Translations under genes and position numbers: made by a program
Assembly (NCBI GenBank): GCA_040954595.2
Contig: CM082580.2
Location: 9,960,390 to 10,024,389, forward strand
Length of the DNA stretch: 64,000 nt
From: Balanoglossus misakiensis
Taxonomy: Eukaryota > Animalia > Hemichordata
Direction of reading: 5' to 3'
Shown here: in pieces, positions 51,242 to 64,000 of the stretch
Position numbering within the stretch: position 1 is the stretch's first letter
Layout: every line of letters begins with the position of its first letter
Notes under the pieces: generated by a model
The model's database searches: none
Told to the model about the DNA's origin: nothing
The model's input: only the letters and a program-made list of their open reading frames with translations

Positions 51242-52324
51242 TGAATTGTCTCAAGATAGTGATACACAATCATGTGTCATAGAGGAAGTCATCTGTATTC
51301 TTATTCACAGTGAGAAGTCAAGCCTATTTCTAGGATATCACACTTCGTACTTAGAATTTTGAACTTTTCTCCTGGGATTCTACGTTGTAATCTAATTATT
51401 TATAATGGTGAGGGCTGGCCTTCCATACAGGAAAATGATAAGCAGAACAAAAAATATTGCATTATACATATTTTGCTAAACAGTTTAGTATACATGCAAC
51501 TCCCCAATTAAATTAACCTTGTTTTCTTCAATTTCCATGCATCAATTGTTAATATTTTATTTCTTGCCTAAAACTGATTATTAATAATAATAATATACAT
51601 TTCAGTAGTATCCAGCAGTAACTAGCTTGAACCCCTTTTTTAAAGAAAAGAAAAAAAACATCAATAATTTAATATAGCAACAACAAAACAACTGTCATTA
51701 ACAGCTATGCATCTGTGAAATGAAAAATTTATAATGCTGTATATTTAATGACAAAGTCAAGGCCTTAGCAATCAAGGTATGCTATTCATTTGATAGAATT
51801 AAATAGAAGTCTCGTACCCAAGTTCATGTACATGTACATTCAACCTGACTGCGGTCAACAGTGAGATGGAAATATGCCATTGACTGAAGAAGTGGAGGTT
51901 TGAGGGAGTCTGATGCTGCAAGGAATGAGTTTATAATAAAATTCAATGATTTATAACCTGGAATTCTCAGTTTGCAAGGATTTTCTTTGTTTTCTTGTAT
52001 ACAATTGCTTTAATTACATCACAGTCATGTAGAATATATGATTCATGTTTCGATCTTTGCCGACAATCCTCTGTTAAATTAAATTGTCCCACTGCATTGT
52101 TTAGAGAATAAAGTTTTGCTTTTATCAAAATATGATTTGGGATTTTTAACAATGCAGTGGAAAAAAATTAATTTATAAAAAAAGAATCATATATTCTGGA
52201 TGGAAGTAAAGCAATTGTATAAAAGAAAACATTTTATTTAAAAAAAAATATTTAGCCTGGTAAATTATCAGAAAAAAATTATCTCCTACAGGGATATCAA
52301 ATGTTCCTAGTACAATGTTCAATG

Positions 52325-52448
52325 CGCACATGAAGTAAGGTGCCTTGCCTCAAGAATCTCAGAAAGAAAATCCACAGCCATGTCCGGGGCTTGAACCCAG
52401 ACCCCTCCTATTGCTAGTCAGATCTCCTACCCACTAGGCCACCGTGCT
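52325..52448 (-). mobile_element. tRNA-derived SINE fragment (CORE-like)
   Basis: On the minus strand, A box TGGCCTAGTGG and B box GGTTCAAGCCC are followed by TCTTGAGGCAAGGCACCTTAC, which resembles the CORE-SINE TCCTTGGGCAAG.CACTTAAC motif. Confidence 0.65.
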
Positions 52449-54783
52449 TATGATGCTTGAAGACAATGGCCAGTGTTTATGTGCCAGAAATCCTAACACT
52501 CTGATGCAGCAATACAATATAATGCAATATTGAATACAGTACAATACAATAAATTTGAACAAAACAATGCAATATCATGCAATATAATAATCAGACACTG
52601 ATTTTTAGAGGTAAAAAAGACATGAAACCACAATAGGCTACTGATCCATGCAACCCTGACTGACAGCTTTATTACCAAATGCAATAAAACTGAGCCAAAA
52701 GGGACCTTGCTAACTTGGTTATTTTGATGTGTAGTTGTTTATGGCCATAAAACTTTTGTTATGTTGTGAAGGTTTTTCTCTTCAAGTATCCATAACATAG
52801 TCTGAAGGGCTTAATATTGCAGCAGTTAGGTACTTATCATGATAATCGAGTCATTCGTTATTGATGTACAATTTCAGCATTTCTGAAGTAAGCAGAACAT
52901 CTAAAATAACCTCTTATGGAAATAAGTATTTAACCAATGTAAAATGATTGGGACTGGTGTCCCTTTAATAAACATAGGGTGCTGTATCAATATTATTTTA
53001 TGTACATAATAATTTTTTTAATCAAATATCTCCCATCTCATAAATCTATCAGATGAGTGTTGTTATGTAACACCCATATGCTCTTGATCATGTTAAGATG
53101 TCACTGAATGATATTTAAATTGCATACCTGCATTTTGAATAGGAAATCAAAAATCCATTGGTCTTTATATGATTTATACATCAATATGATAGTTGAAACT
53201 ATTAAACACAGTAATTTTCTTTTCATGTTTTGCCCAATTTGTTATTTTTGAAACAAGATTTTTACGTGCTATTTTTGAAATTTAGAATTTTCCTTTAAGT
53301 CCTCCTGAGCTCACTTAATCTACTTGATCCTGGTAATTTGTACAAAATGTGTTGAATGGATTAACATGCTGCATAATCTGAATTGTGTGCTATTCTTAAA
53401 AATACACACGCACAATATCACACTCTGGAACCAGGGAGGAGTACCCATTGTTGTGTCACGCCTGAGTATGCGTTGTCGTGGAAACTATAAAATCCACTCC
53501 ACGTATTTCTTTTGCTACCTGCAGTTAGAACAGAGACCTGACATTAACTTCAGTACTTGACACGCTGTAAATCATACTGTAGGCAAAATTTTAATGTCAT
53601 ACTGAAGGAACATATATTTTGTTACATGCGTGATAATAAATTTGTGATTTTTCAGCCTCCTCTAATAAATCACTCTTGACATTAGGTGGTTGTTGTTGTT
53701 ATGGCCTAGTATCAGCTGGCTTGTGTAACTGAGCTCAGTAATTATTTTACCTGAGTTCCTCTTGGCATACCGAAGGCTCACAGTAATATTGTCTGTACCA
53801 TTACATCATGCTCCTCGTATAGTATATTTACCCCGAGTTCCCGAGACTCACACATGTGATGGGCAACCTCAGCAAATACCAGAACGCTACTTTGTGAGTA
53901 AATAGTGAAATACAGTAGCCTTGCTAGTGTTGGTGTCAAATGCAATCAACCAGTATACAAACTTTGAAATGTACAAACAAATCCCCAGATTTTAGAAGAT
54001 AAGCTGCCTATACCCAATATGTCAAATGTAATAACCCACTTCTCAGCTGTTAGGTTAACTCAAGCTTGCCCTGAGATTCCACACACTAGTCCTGTTTGAA
54101 ATCAGTAAAGAATACTTTGTTTTTCTATCTAAATCAAATGCTTAGAACCCTAATTTTGAGTTAGCGATCTCAGCAGATTTCAGATCACATAAACAGCTTG
54201 ATATCTCAGGGTCAAGTAGGTTTTTCCAGATAACTGTTATCTTTCATGAACTGGCCAATAAATTGAAATATCCACGTGTTGTTTAAATTCAAGCAACTAT
54301 ATTTTATTTATGTACTAGTTGAAACACACTGTATGGGAACAAGGATTGTATGTTCATGTACAAGTACAGCTGGTTAGGTATAGCTTACTGTAAATGTACA
54401 AGAACACTACAGCACTTCATAAGGCCCCTATAAATCTAGCTGGTTATCACCTAGTAATTTGTTTTGTACATATGAGAAGCATTTATTATCAGCGACTAAT
54501 ATGTCCTTTAGTGAGGAACTTGCTAATTTGTAGCATCAATCTATAATTAGGACCCTAGCATAATTTAATAATAAGATTACACATCTCTCATTTGAGCGTA
54601 TATTTCATACTTTTCATTCACATCCATTTTCTTGAAATATCTGAATGGTTGTGAAGGTGTAGGATAGAAGCGAATAATGCATTCTGAAATTGTCCGTAAA
54701 ACCAAATCCTTTGTTGACTTGTCAAAGGTGGTGAATATGAGCTGCTCAAACTCTTTCATTATTGTGTTTGTCTGTTGTTATTG

Positions 54784-54796
54784 GTTGCCTAGCAAC
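54784..54796. promoter_or_regulatory. RFX X-box (13-bp variant)
   Basis: GTTGCCTAGCAAC. Confidence 0.55.
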
Positions 54797-55481
54797 TGTG
54801 TCACATATGACATATATACAATTATTGTCAACTTTATTGGCGGTTCCTATGAAAGCAGGAAACATCTCACATTGCACTGGTGTTAAAATATTGGAAATTA
54901 CTAGTTGAATTATCTGTATAACTGGTATGTTGATCTTTTTTGTTGTTTATTTAACTGAAACTTAAAATGCAGCAAGGTATGATGAAAGTCAAACTATCAC
55001 ACACTGCAGTGTGTGAATGAACTGGATTTAAAATTAAGCCCAAGTATCACACACCTTCAGTCAGTATGGCTATGAGTATTTAAGGGATTTCAGATCACTG
55101 AGGAAATGACACCTGGCCTTGATAAATTATTTAGAGATGGAGATATTTGGGTCACATGTATTTGACAGTTGCCGTTTTTCAGTGACGTTACAGTTTTCAG
55201 CTGACTCTAGTGTCTTCCAAAAGCTGCTTCTGTGACATTACTGAGTGTTTTTATGCGGTAAGGTTGGGTAACATTGGTGAATGATTTGGGAACGCTGGTT
55301 CTGCAACCAGTTATAATGACTGCATTCACATAACAACGGGAAATACGCACATTCAAGCTCTTTAACACACTGTTTTCGTGATGGGCGGTACCCAGGTAAA
55401 TGTTACTGGGGTTCCCAGTATGAGTGCTAGGTAAAAACTCGCATAGACATCCAGAGAAATCTGTGATTGGTTAGATCTCGG

Positions 55482-55495
55482 GTTTCCATGGCAAC
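55482..55495. promoter_or_regulatory. RFX X-box in probable LOXHD1 proximal promoter
   Basis: GTTTCCATGGCAAC, next to an inverted CCAAT (ATTGG ~55466) and ~440 bp upstream of the first coding ATG. Confidence 0.7.
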
Positions 55496-55931
55496 TGTAG
55501 TTAAATTTGTATAGGTGACTGTATACCTCTTATCCTAAAGGTTGTAATCCAATTTTAGTACACAGCAGTCCCAGAGAGTAATCCCGGATCATGTGTCTGC
55601 CTGTTTGTATTTGGTTATTGAAACTGAGCACTGCCTGGAGATGTGTCTGTTCTTGTGTTTTTCTTCTGTTGTATGTGTTTCTGGAGATTTTTAAAGCCAT
55701 TGTTGAAAAGTTGTTATATGTAATAAATGGATTTATGGCAGAAACTGCCTTTAATAATTGTCATTGTGGTCTTATCTTCATGTATGCAAGTTCACTTTTA
55801 GATGTGTTTGATCTAACCTTTGGCTTTATTATTTTTCCTTCTATCAGTGATCAAGACGGATAAACCTGGAAGGAGCATGATTGCATTGTAGTCATTTATC
55901 TTGGAGTGAATCATCAACCCCTACAAGTAGA

Positions 55932-58900
55932 ATGATGAATTCAGAGGCTGTGAGGAGTTTGATGGTGAACCCTCGACCGTCCACAACATACCCGGCCAGA
56001 TCAAGAGATCCGTATCCACCCTATGCTGTGGGCCGCACAAGGCCACAATCAGGTACGGTTTATTTTTGAGTCGTGTCGGTCATATCTGTTGTAAAGAAAA
56101 GGAAATTGCAGCCAGTTTTTGGAGGAGACATGTATCAAGAGGACATCAAAGTGTTTGCAATCTAAAAATTCAGCATTGTCTGTTTAACATTTTATAGCCA
56201 TCCGGATAAATTACAAATAGTGGAGCTGTCCAGGTAATTTAATTGCCCTATCCAGGCTTGTCCATATATCCAAATAATTTGTCTGTCCATATATCCAAAT
56301 AATTGGCCTGTCCAGATATCCAAATGATTGCCCCATCCAGACACCCAGATATTCCCTTGCCTCGCAAGGCCGTATGTGATCTTAACATTTCTTTTGTCCC
56401 TTTGCTTGTTTGTAGCTCCCATGCGGAGAAGCGCTCCAGTGGATGCCCGGCCCACGTGGCACGACTCCAGGGCCGATCTCACTCCTCACAAACACAGACG
56501 GTTTACTGTCACCTTGAAACACCAACCGATAGAATCCAGAGTCAGCAAAAAGGCCCCTTACGCTGGTAAGAAATTGAGTTACACTTCTGGTAGTCAAAAG
56601 TTTTAAGGGGTATAACAATTGCATCCGTAGGACCCCCAATCCCCCTCCCCTCCTTAAGCGTGCGAAAGTGAAACAACACTTAGTATAGTTACAATAATGC
56701 TATGTTAATGTTCCATGTTAATGATGTGATTTGTAGCCTTTGCTCGTAAACTCTGTGATTGAAAAAGCTTGCTAAAAACCTTTCTACCGATAAGAAATCA
56801 ATTTCTCATAGGTAGAGGGGATACATTTGAGACTTCAGAGACAGATTGAGGCTGTAAGTCAGTAGAAATACCCCATTTGAATGTGGGAAGACATCGTTGA
56901 TCCCTTTCAGCAGTTCACTTAAATTCAAACTATCTTTCAAATCAGAGATCAGTTGCATTTCAGCTCACAAGCGTAATGGGTGCCTTGATAAGACCAAGAA
57001 TCAAGCAAATTCATTCAACGCCTACAAGGCTTGTATGTGTTCAGTTTTTAAAGAGCAGGTATTCTGGCTATCATTGACAGCAAATACACCCTTGTCACAT
57101 ACTCGTAGTTTGACATTTTCTGATGTACATATAGACGTCGCACCTTGGAAATATACTCAGCAAGAAATCAATCTTGTACAATTTTAAGATTTTTTTTTTC
57201 TGTTTCAAATTTCAGCCAGGAAGTATGATTCCATAGATCTTGCCAATATCAAACACTACCCTCGGATGGAGAACGGGCAAACGGTGACTCTTCCTCCATA
57301 CAGCTCAATCAATGATCCTCATCTCGTAGACTACTTTGCCAGAAAATTTGGATATGCGCCCAGACCGCCCTCTGGGGCTGTAAGTATCAATGCAGAATCT
57401 CTCAAATAATACTCATCAGGGAAAATTCACAGAAAATAAAGGAGAATTTCGAGTTTCTGTTTGTAGAGAGTGTAAAACATTCTAATCTAGATGCACATGC
57501 GGGGATGATATGTAAAGCAGACATGAAAACATGTTGATGGCATCATTTTTCAGCATCAAAATATGTCACATGGAGTACTGGTTCTCAAAATGCAAGATTA
57601 GATTACAATTTATTTTCATACAAATAACAATAAAGACTCGTTTAAATCCCAATAGCCTATGTAGTATCAGTTTGTTGTAGTGTAATTAATTTGAGATCAA
57701 ATGATCGGCCTTCAAGTGGTGTTTCTCTACTTTTGAACTTTTGACCCGATTAGGTTCTTTCCTTCTCTGTTAATCTGTCGCTTATCTCCGTTCTTGTATT
57801 GACTAATGTCATTCAGAAGTTCGGTGACCGTACTCATGGCAGCAGTAAGATAAATTGCAAGTCGGAGCATGTCAGTGTTGATTTTTCGATTAGATATCTG
57901 TGCCCTTCATGTTTACACACAGTAGTCATCATGTACACTTTTTTTTGAAACTAAAATATTTTACAAGCCCATCATCTACTAGTTTTAGCAAGGTTCTCTG
58001 ATTTGAAATTCAATTGAAATCATAATATTCAAAATTTGCGATCTTTCCAAGATCATGCGAAGTTGAGAGGTCACGTTAAACGTAGATGTGACCATTGAAG
58101 GATTTCTGTTTAACCGAATGAAATATTTGTATGTTACAGAGTGTAAGTAGCGGTTATTACAGTGGATCTAGAAGTCCACGGGGAAAGAGCGCCGGCCAAG
58201 TTACATACAGGGTAGAAGTAAAAACTGGAGATCGAAAGAATGCTTCTACAGATGCTAATGTGAGTACATCTGGTCAAACAAGTTACGATGGAAGCAGGAA
58301 TATGCAACTGAGTTCTTTACAAATTGTTGCGCCATTAACAGTTGATTTGAAATGAGGTTTAGAATACAGATATTAGTAAAAATCCAGCATCATTTCTTTT
58401 ATGGCATATCATTAGAAAATTTCATTTATGTGAAGTCTGAAAGAATTCTTACTATTTGAAAATTTCAGGTTTCGATTTGGATTAAAGGAAGTAAGGGGAA
58501 GATGCCGAAGAAGAATCTGTCCAAGGCGTCGTCTGCCAAGAAACTGGGCAAGGTCAACTCGGGCGTCCCGTTTAAATTTGTGAGAAACAAGAAGAAAATC
58601 TTCAAGTTGAAGAGCAAAGATCTTGGAGAATTAACATCTCTTCACGTAGAGGTAAGTTTCACATGAGTGCAGAGTGGAAATGGGCTTTTACTGAATGGGG
58701 ATTCTGACTGTTTCTGTATGGTGCAGTGTAATGAGTTATAAATTGTTCATTCTGTTTCAGCATGATGGCTTGGAAAAGCGGCACAGTTGGTTCTTGGAGG
58801 AGGTCGTGGTGACCAACCTCAACACCGGAAAAACCTGGATATTCCCTTGTAACCAGTGGCTGTCTCTCTTTGAAAGTGATTGTCAACTCAGCCGGGAATT

Positions 58901-61900
58901 GAGGGCTCTTGATGGCAAAAAATACGGCAAAACAGGTCAGTTCGGGTTTACTCATTCTTTCATGACCTTTCTTTCTAAGTAAAGCCTGTGAAAGCTGTTC
59001 ATCTCATTTGTTGTTTTAGTAAGTCAGCTGGGAATAGTGGAAATGTCAAGTCCTTCCCTGATGTATTGTCATGACAACATGTAGTGTACTGAAAAAAAAC
59101 ACTTTCAAGTATAAAAACACCATAACATTTCATTCATTGACCGGTATTATTCTTTGATTTGTACAGAGTATGAAGTTGTCACGGTAACAGGGGACAAGAA
59201 AGGAGCAGGAACCGATGCCAATGTCTATATTACCTTATATGGTCAACGTGCCACATCCAAGAAATTCCACCTGCGGCCAATCAATGAGGACCCCTTTGAA
59301 CGTGGGCAGAGTGACATCTGTAAACTGGCAGCGAACAATGTTGGACCGATCAAGAAAATCAGGTACATTAAAGGCCCACTATCTGTAAATTTTGGCTGTA
59401 TTTTCATTATTTTAATTCTGGGTATCAACCATGGTTATCAGGCATGGTTAAAAGGGACGTTCAGTTCGGTTGGAAAATTTGAAAAGGAATTTGAGTACTG
59501 CAGATGTGTTATTAAATAATTCTGTTACTTTTTTCTTCTTCTCAGGATCGAACATGACAACACAGGTTTTGGTCCCGGCTGGTTCCTCAACAGAGTGGTC
59601 ATCACCGACCTCAAGAACCCCAAGAAGGGAAAGTTCTACTTCCCCTGCCATCAGTGGCTTGCCAAGGACGAGGGAGATGGAATGACCTACCGGGATCTGA
59701 TCGGAAGCACCGATCCTAACTTTGTCGCAAAAGGTATCAGCAATAAGCTCTGTGTGTGTGTGTTTTGTTAGTGTTCCAACTGACAGAAAATATGTCGGAC
59801 TGGTGCACACTTGCATGCATTAATTGTTCATCAATGTCGTGCCTCCAATCTCAACTCTCAACTTTCCAACATAAACTCATATCCAACATTCAGTGGTATA
59901 AATTAAAGTGCTTCTTCAGACATTGTGTACATCCTTTAAGATAGTAATTCGGTAATATAAAAGTAACATGTCTGGTAAAATTTATATCTTGTATTTTAGT
60001 CACATGTAGAAATCTCACATATAGTGTTGTTGTAGATATGACATATCACACTTTTATTATTCTAGCAGCGTAAACTTATTATTAGTATTTCACAGTCTTT
60101 GAATAGTTTAATCATACTATTTGGAAATATTTCATAACACTATACTATTTGGAAATATTTCATAACACTATAGTTGTAGAAGTACTCATATGATTTACGC
60201 ACCACACTATTTTTTTGAACAGTTTTCACTCTTTTTCATTCACAATGTGATCAATAAGATAGATTCCAGCCTGCATAACTTACCAGCTATGCTTTCCTTT
60301 CCATCCATATCCATTGCTATTTTTTTGCCGCTGTGTGATTATCTCTGTGTGCGTCACTCACATGCCACGTTGATTCCTTGCCTCCACTTTGCCGCTGTGC
60401 CCGATTGTCTCTGCCGTTTACCAAACTCAAGGAGGTATGTCTTAGAGGAAACGACTCTGAACATTTATTTTTGCTTGTACATAAATCACTTATTAGAGAT
60501 TGTGATGAAAACTGTGTGATGTGTAATAGTGTCTGATGGTTGAAAATAATTTCTGAGTGAAAATGTACATGACATTCAGTGTTTCATTCAGGGATGGTAT
60601 CAGCAGTGGGGATATGTCCCCCTTTGCCATAATATTTGAGGGGGATTTCACCCCGGCAAGAAGGGACTGCTTTGATGAAGTTCTCTGTCGTTGAAGATTG
60701 GAATTCTTTGCCAACTGACAAATGGCAAAACTTCGGTCCTATTTCTAGTTTGTTTTTGCTTGATTACACTTTCATCAATGCTCAAAACTCTTGCCTTTTT
60801 TCCAGCTGCCAAATACATAGTGCGAGTGTACACTGGGGACAAGCGGAATGCCGGCACAGATGCCAATGTTTTCATGACAATGTTCGGCGACTTCGGTGAC
60901 TCTGGAGAGCGCAAACTTGACAACAGACAAAACAACTTTGAAAAGGGACAGTAAGTACACTATTCAGAGAAAAATAAATAAACATTCATTGTTTTTACCA
61001 TTTTCATTTTCAGGAAACATTGCATGTTGCTTGGCCAAAATTTTTTTAATTTGGTGTTCGAACAAATCACACATCACTGTGGATCCCCAAATCTGCAATT
61101 ATATTGAACCAGCAGTAATATGAATAGCAATTTTTTCATCGTTACCAATCAGATACAAAAAGGCTTCATACATTCAATTTTGAATTGATCTCCAATAGGG
61201 AAGACAAATTCACATTGGAATGTCCACAGCTAGGACCTCTGAAGAAGATACGCATCGGGCATGACAACTCTGGCATGGGACCAGGTTGGTTCTTAGACAA
61301 GGTAGGTTTTCAAAATCATACGTCTTGCATTAGTACCAGGGAACTACATTGTACTAGTGGCTGGCTAAGATGAACCTAATAAATGATCAACAGTAACATT
61401 CAGATTGCTGGCAGTTTCACAGTGAACATTATTTTTGGTTGATTTTGCTTACTGTTGACTGATCATTTACACATTGCCGACAACAATGATTACACTGTAA
61501 ATGTAAAATATTGTGTCGGATAAACACTTCTTTAATAACCAATTTTCTTTTTCAACACAGGTGATAATCGATGACACAGAACATAACAGGTGTTATGAGT
61601 TTCCCTGCAACCGATGGTTTGACCGCAAAGAAGGCGATGGAAAGATTCAGAGGGATATCCTCATTGGTGGAAAGATTGGCGATGCTCCTGCAGGTAATAA
61701 GAGTTTAAAGCCCCAGGTAGTGATCTGTCTGTATCATGTTAAAGGCCCAGGGTAAAATGTGCTACCTTGTGACATCATCTTAGTTTGAGTGCAGATTGTA
61801 AGATTAGGGGTGGGGGGGAATCTTTAGTTTTTCAGAGCTCTACTCATCAACAATTTTTGATCGCCCGACAGGTTTCCCGTACGAAATCAGGGTGACAACC

Positions 61901-64000
61901 AGCGACAAGAGACATGCGTCCACGAGTGCCAAGGTGTACATCGTCATGTACAGCGGCCACGGTGAAAAAGAAGAAAACAGCGGCAAGGTCTGGTTGCACG
62001 GCGCCAGCTTTGATCGGGGACGCACGGACATCATCAATGTGGAGTCCAGTTCCATGTTGAGTCCGCTGTCCCGATTGGTCGTCGGCCATGACAATTCCGG
62101 ACCGGGGAGTGGTTGGCATCTTGAAAAGGTCAGTACAAATTTTAAGTAAATTTGTCGTAATTTTGAGTGAAAATTATGAGGAATTTACTGTGAAAATTGA
62201 CAAAAAACGAGAATACCAATGAGAGGATTTTGATTCGATCACCCTGTAAAGGTCTATCAAAAAGTAATTCTGCCACTAAATTGCTAAACAACTTTTGTTT
62301 TTCCTTCCCCAGATTGAAGTGTACTGCGCAGCCACTGGCATCACTCAGGTATTTCTGTGTAATAAATGGCTGGCTGACGATGAAGGTGATGGATGCATCG
62401 AAAGAACACTGAAAGAAAATGAGTCCATGAGAGTGGTCAAAAAGTCAAGTATGTATAGATGTGTTATTGAATCGTGGTCAAAATTATTACTTTCTGCTGT
62501 TTTCAAAGGGACAAATTTGAATTTTACAAATAATAAATAATTTGAAATGTTGTTGTAGTGTTACAAAGTGAATTGTAAACAGTATCAGTCGTGGTAGTTG
62601 AGTATAAGTCAGTATAAAATTAAGTTTTTTCAACCACCTTCTTACAGAGAATATCTGGTACGTGTCTGTGTTTACTGGTGACAAGACGGCCGCGGGCACT
62701 GATGCCAAAGTCTCCGTTTGTCTGTACGGCTCCAAGGGCAAATCGGACGACATCGTTCTCAACAATGCCAGTGATAACTTTGAGAACAACAAGCAGGATG
62801 ACTTCAAAGTGGAAATTGCGGACGTGGGCAAACCGTACAAACTCCGCGTTGGACACGACGGTAGTGGAGTGCTGTCTGGATGGTACCTCAGGAAGGTATG
62901 TGGTCTCAACTTTCTTGTCATGTTCTGATTTGGTCGTTTACCGTCAAAAGACAGGTGTTCGATGCCAAGTGCTGGTGTGCAAACATTTCAAGTCTTCGCG
63001 TTTATCAGGTGATATGTCGTGTACGATGGTGAGGTGGTAGGCTTACGATAAAGATGATGCAAGGTCATAAATTATAAAGGACATGCAAACCACTGATTGC
63101 AGAAGGATATAATGATTGTCAAAAACAGCAACTTTGCCCCCCCCCCCCCCCCCCCCCCCCCCCGAACACTAGTATGTACTTTTCACATATCCCATGATAG
63201 CCCCTTCAGTGAAAAATCAGAAGGTTACCAATACACCAACAGTCAACAAGAAACTTTCTCATGTTGACTGGATATTTATTTGTGCTTTATTCTGCCCGTC
63301 AGGTTTTGATGGAAAACATGTCAACCAAAAAGAAGTACGAATTCCACTGTAATAGGTGGCTGGCAAGAGGTGAAGACGATGGCAGCATCATCCGAGAACT
63401 TCCAGCTGAGGGAGAAACCATTAAAAAACCACAACCAGGTATGTATTGTTTTGTCGAAATTCCTTGGAATATTAACATGGGTGATCGATTTTTAATAAAT
63501 TTTCACAGCAGAATGTCATGATGGTTTCAATAATTTTACTTATTTTCTTGTTTTTTAACAGTCACAAAGTATCTTGTCAGAGTTTTCACTGGTGACAAAT
63601 TCAACGCTGGAACTGATGCCAACGTCTTCTGCATGATCTTTGGCGACCAGGGAGATACCGGAGAGCGTCCTCTGAGGCACTCCGAGACGAGCAAAGTCAA
63701 CAAATTTGAGAGGAATTCAGTGAGTGTTCTTTCATTTTCATCGCTGCCTTGCTGAGCCTCAAAGGTCACACAGTCTGCTTGTAAGATTGCATAATAAAAT
63801 TCTACTCCTAGTGACCACATGTCAGATACAAAATACATATCTAGTTTTATTCAACCATCAAAAGTGTGCACACCAACCTATCCGCCCTGGCGTACAGCAT
63901 AAGGATGACTTTTTAAGCAGCCTTCTTCATGGTTGTTTTGATTTCATTGTTTTTCCCAGTCGCCTATAATAGCTCATTCAATTTAAAATGCCACGTCATC
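55932..64000 (+). CDS. LOXHD1: Lipoxygenase homology (PLAT) domain-containing protein 1, 5' part (six PLAT domains begun in window)
   Basis: Repeated YxVxxxTGDxxxAGTDANV...HDxxGxGxGWxLxxV...FPCNxWL units across exons 58140-63719. Segments [29 protein letters not shown] and [12 protein letters not shown] resemble vertebrate LOXHD1 as I recall it. In-frame N-terminal exons at 55932-56052, 56416-56565 and 57216-57379; the start is tentative and the gene runs off the window. Confidence 0.9.
56225..56352. repeat. ~24-bp minisatellite in LOXHD1 intron
   Basis: TGTCCA[T/G]ATATCCAAATAATT-like unit repeated about 4-5 times with decay. Confidence 0.75.
60114..60172. repeat. Perfect 28-bp tandem duplication
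   Basis: ATACTATTTGGAAATATTTCATAACACT occurs twice in tandem. Confidence 0.9.

Noticed and set aside
52375-52448. Possible tRNA gene
   Set aside because: A and B boxes are present, but there is no convincing cloverleaf and it is followed by SINE-core-like sequence, so I call it a SINE.
53858-53900. ATG-initiated MGNLSKYQNAT mini-exon with a GTGAGT donor as an alternative myristoylated LOXHD1 start
   Set aside because: The phase-2 donor does not join in frame to the downstream LOXHD1 exons checked (55848 hits a stop; 56416 is the wrong frame).

Overview
This is AT-rich, intron-containing animal DNA, probably from a marine invertebrate; the taxon cannot be fixed from sequence alone. The right part (28.5-64 kb) holds mostly ordinary genes: DNAJC1, a secreted bacterial-type sphingomyelinase C-like enzyme, NSFL1C/p47, an ACSM acyl-CoA synthetase, an intronless C2H2 zinc-finger gene, and the 5' part of LOXHD1 preceded by four RFX X-boxes. 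The left part (1-27.5 kb) is a minus-strand cluster of three related multi-exon genes, which I spliced by hand. Gene B (7906-18429, 15 exons, ~2058 aa) reads coiled-coil / two TRADD-N-like domains / NB-ARC-type STAND NTPase / TPR / ankyrin repeats. Gene A matches B's N-terminal half nearly exon for exon and runs off the left edge. Gene C (~710 aa) has one divergent TRADD-N-like domain plus the ankyrin module and no NTPase. B and C both carry a ~60-aa non-ankyrin domain ([FY]LVRG...WHYV.V...ADYG.V..SGWGE.P) inserted at the same ankyrin loop. This NLR-like cluster with an integrated domain is the best candidate for an undescribed system. All domain names come from recognising motifs by eye, with no database searches, and exon models need RNA support.
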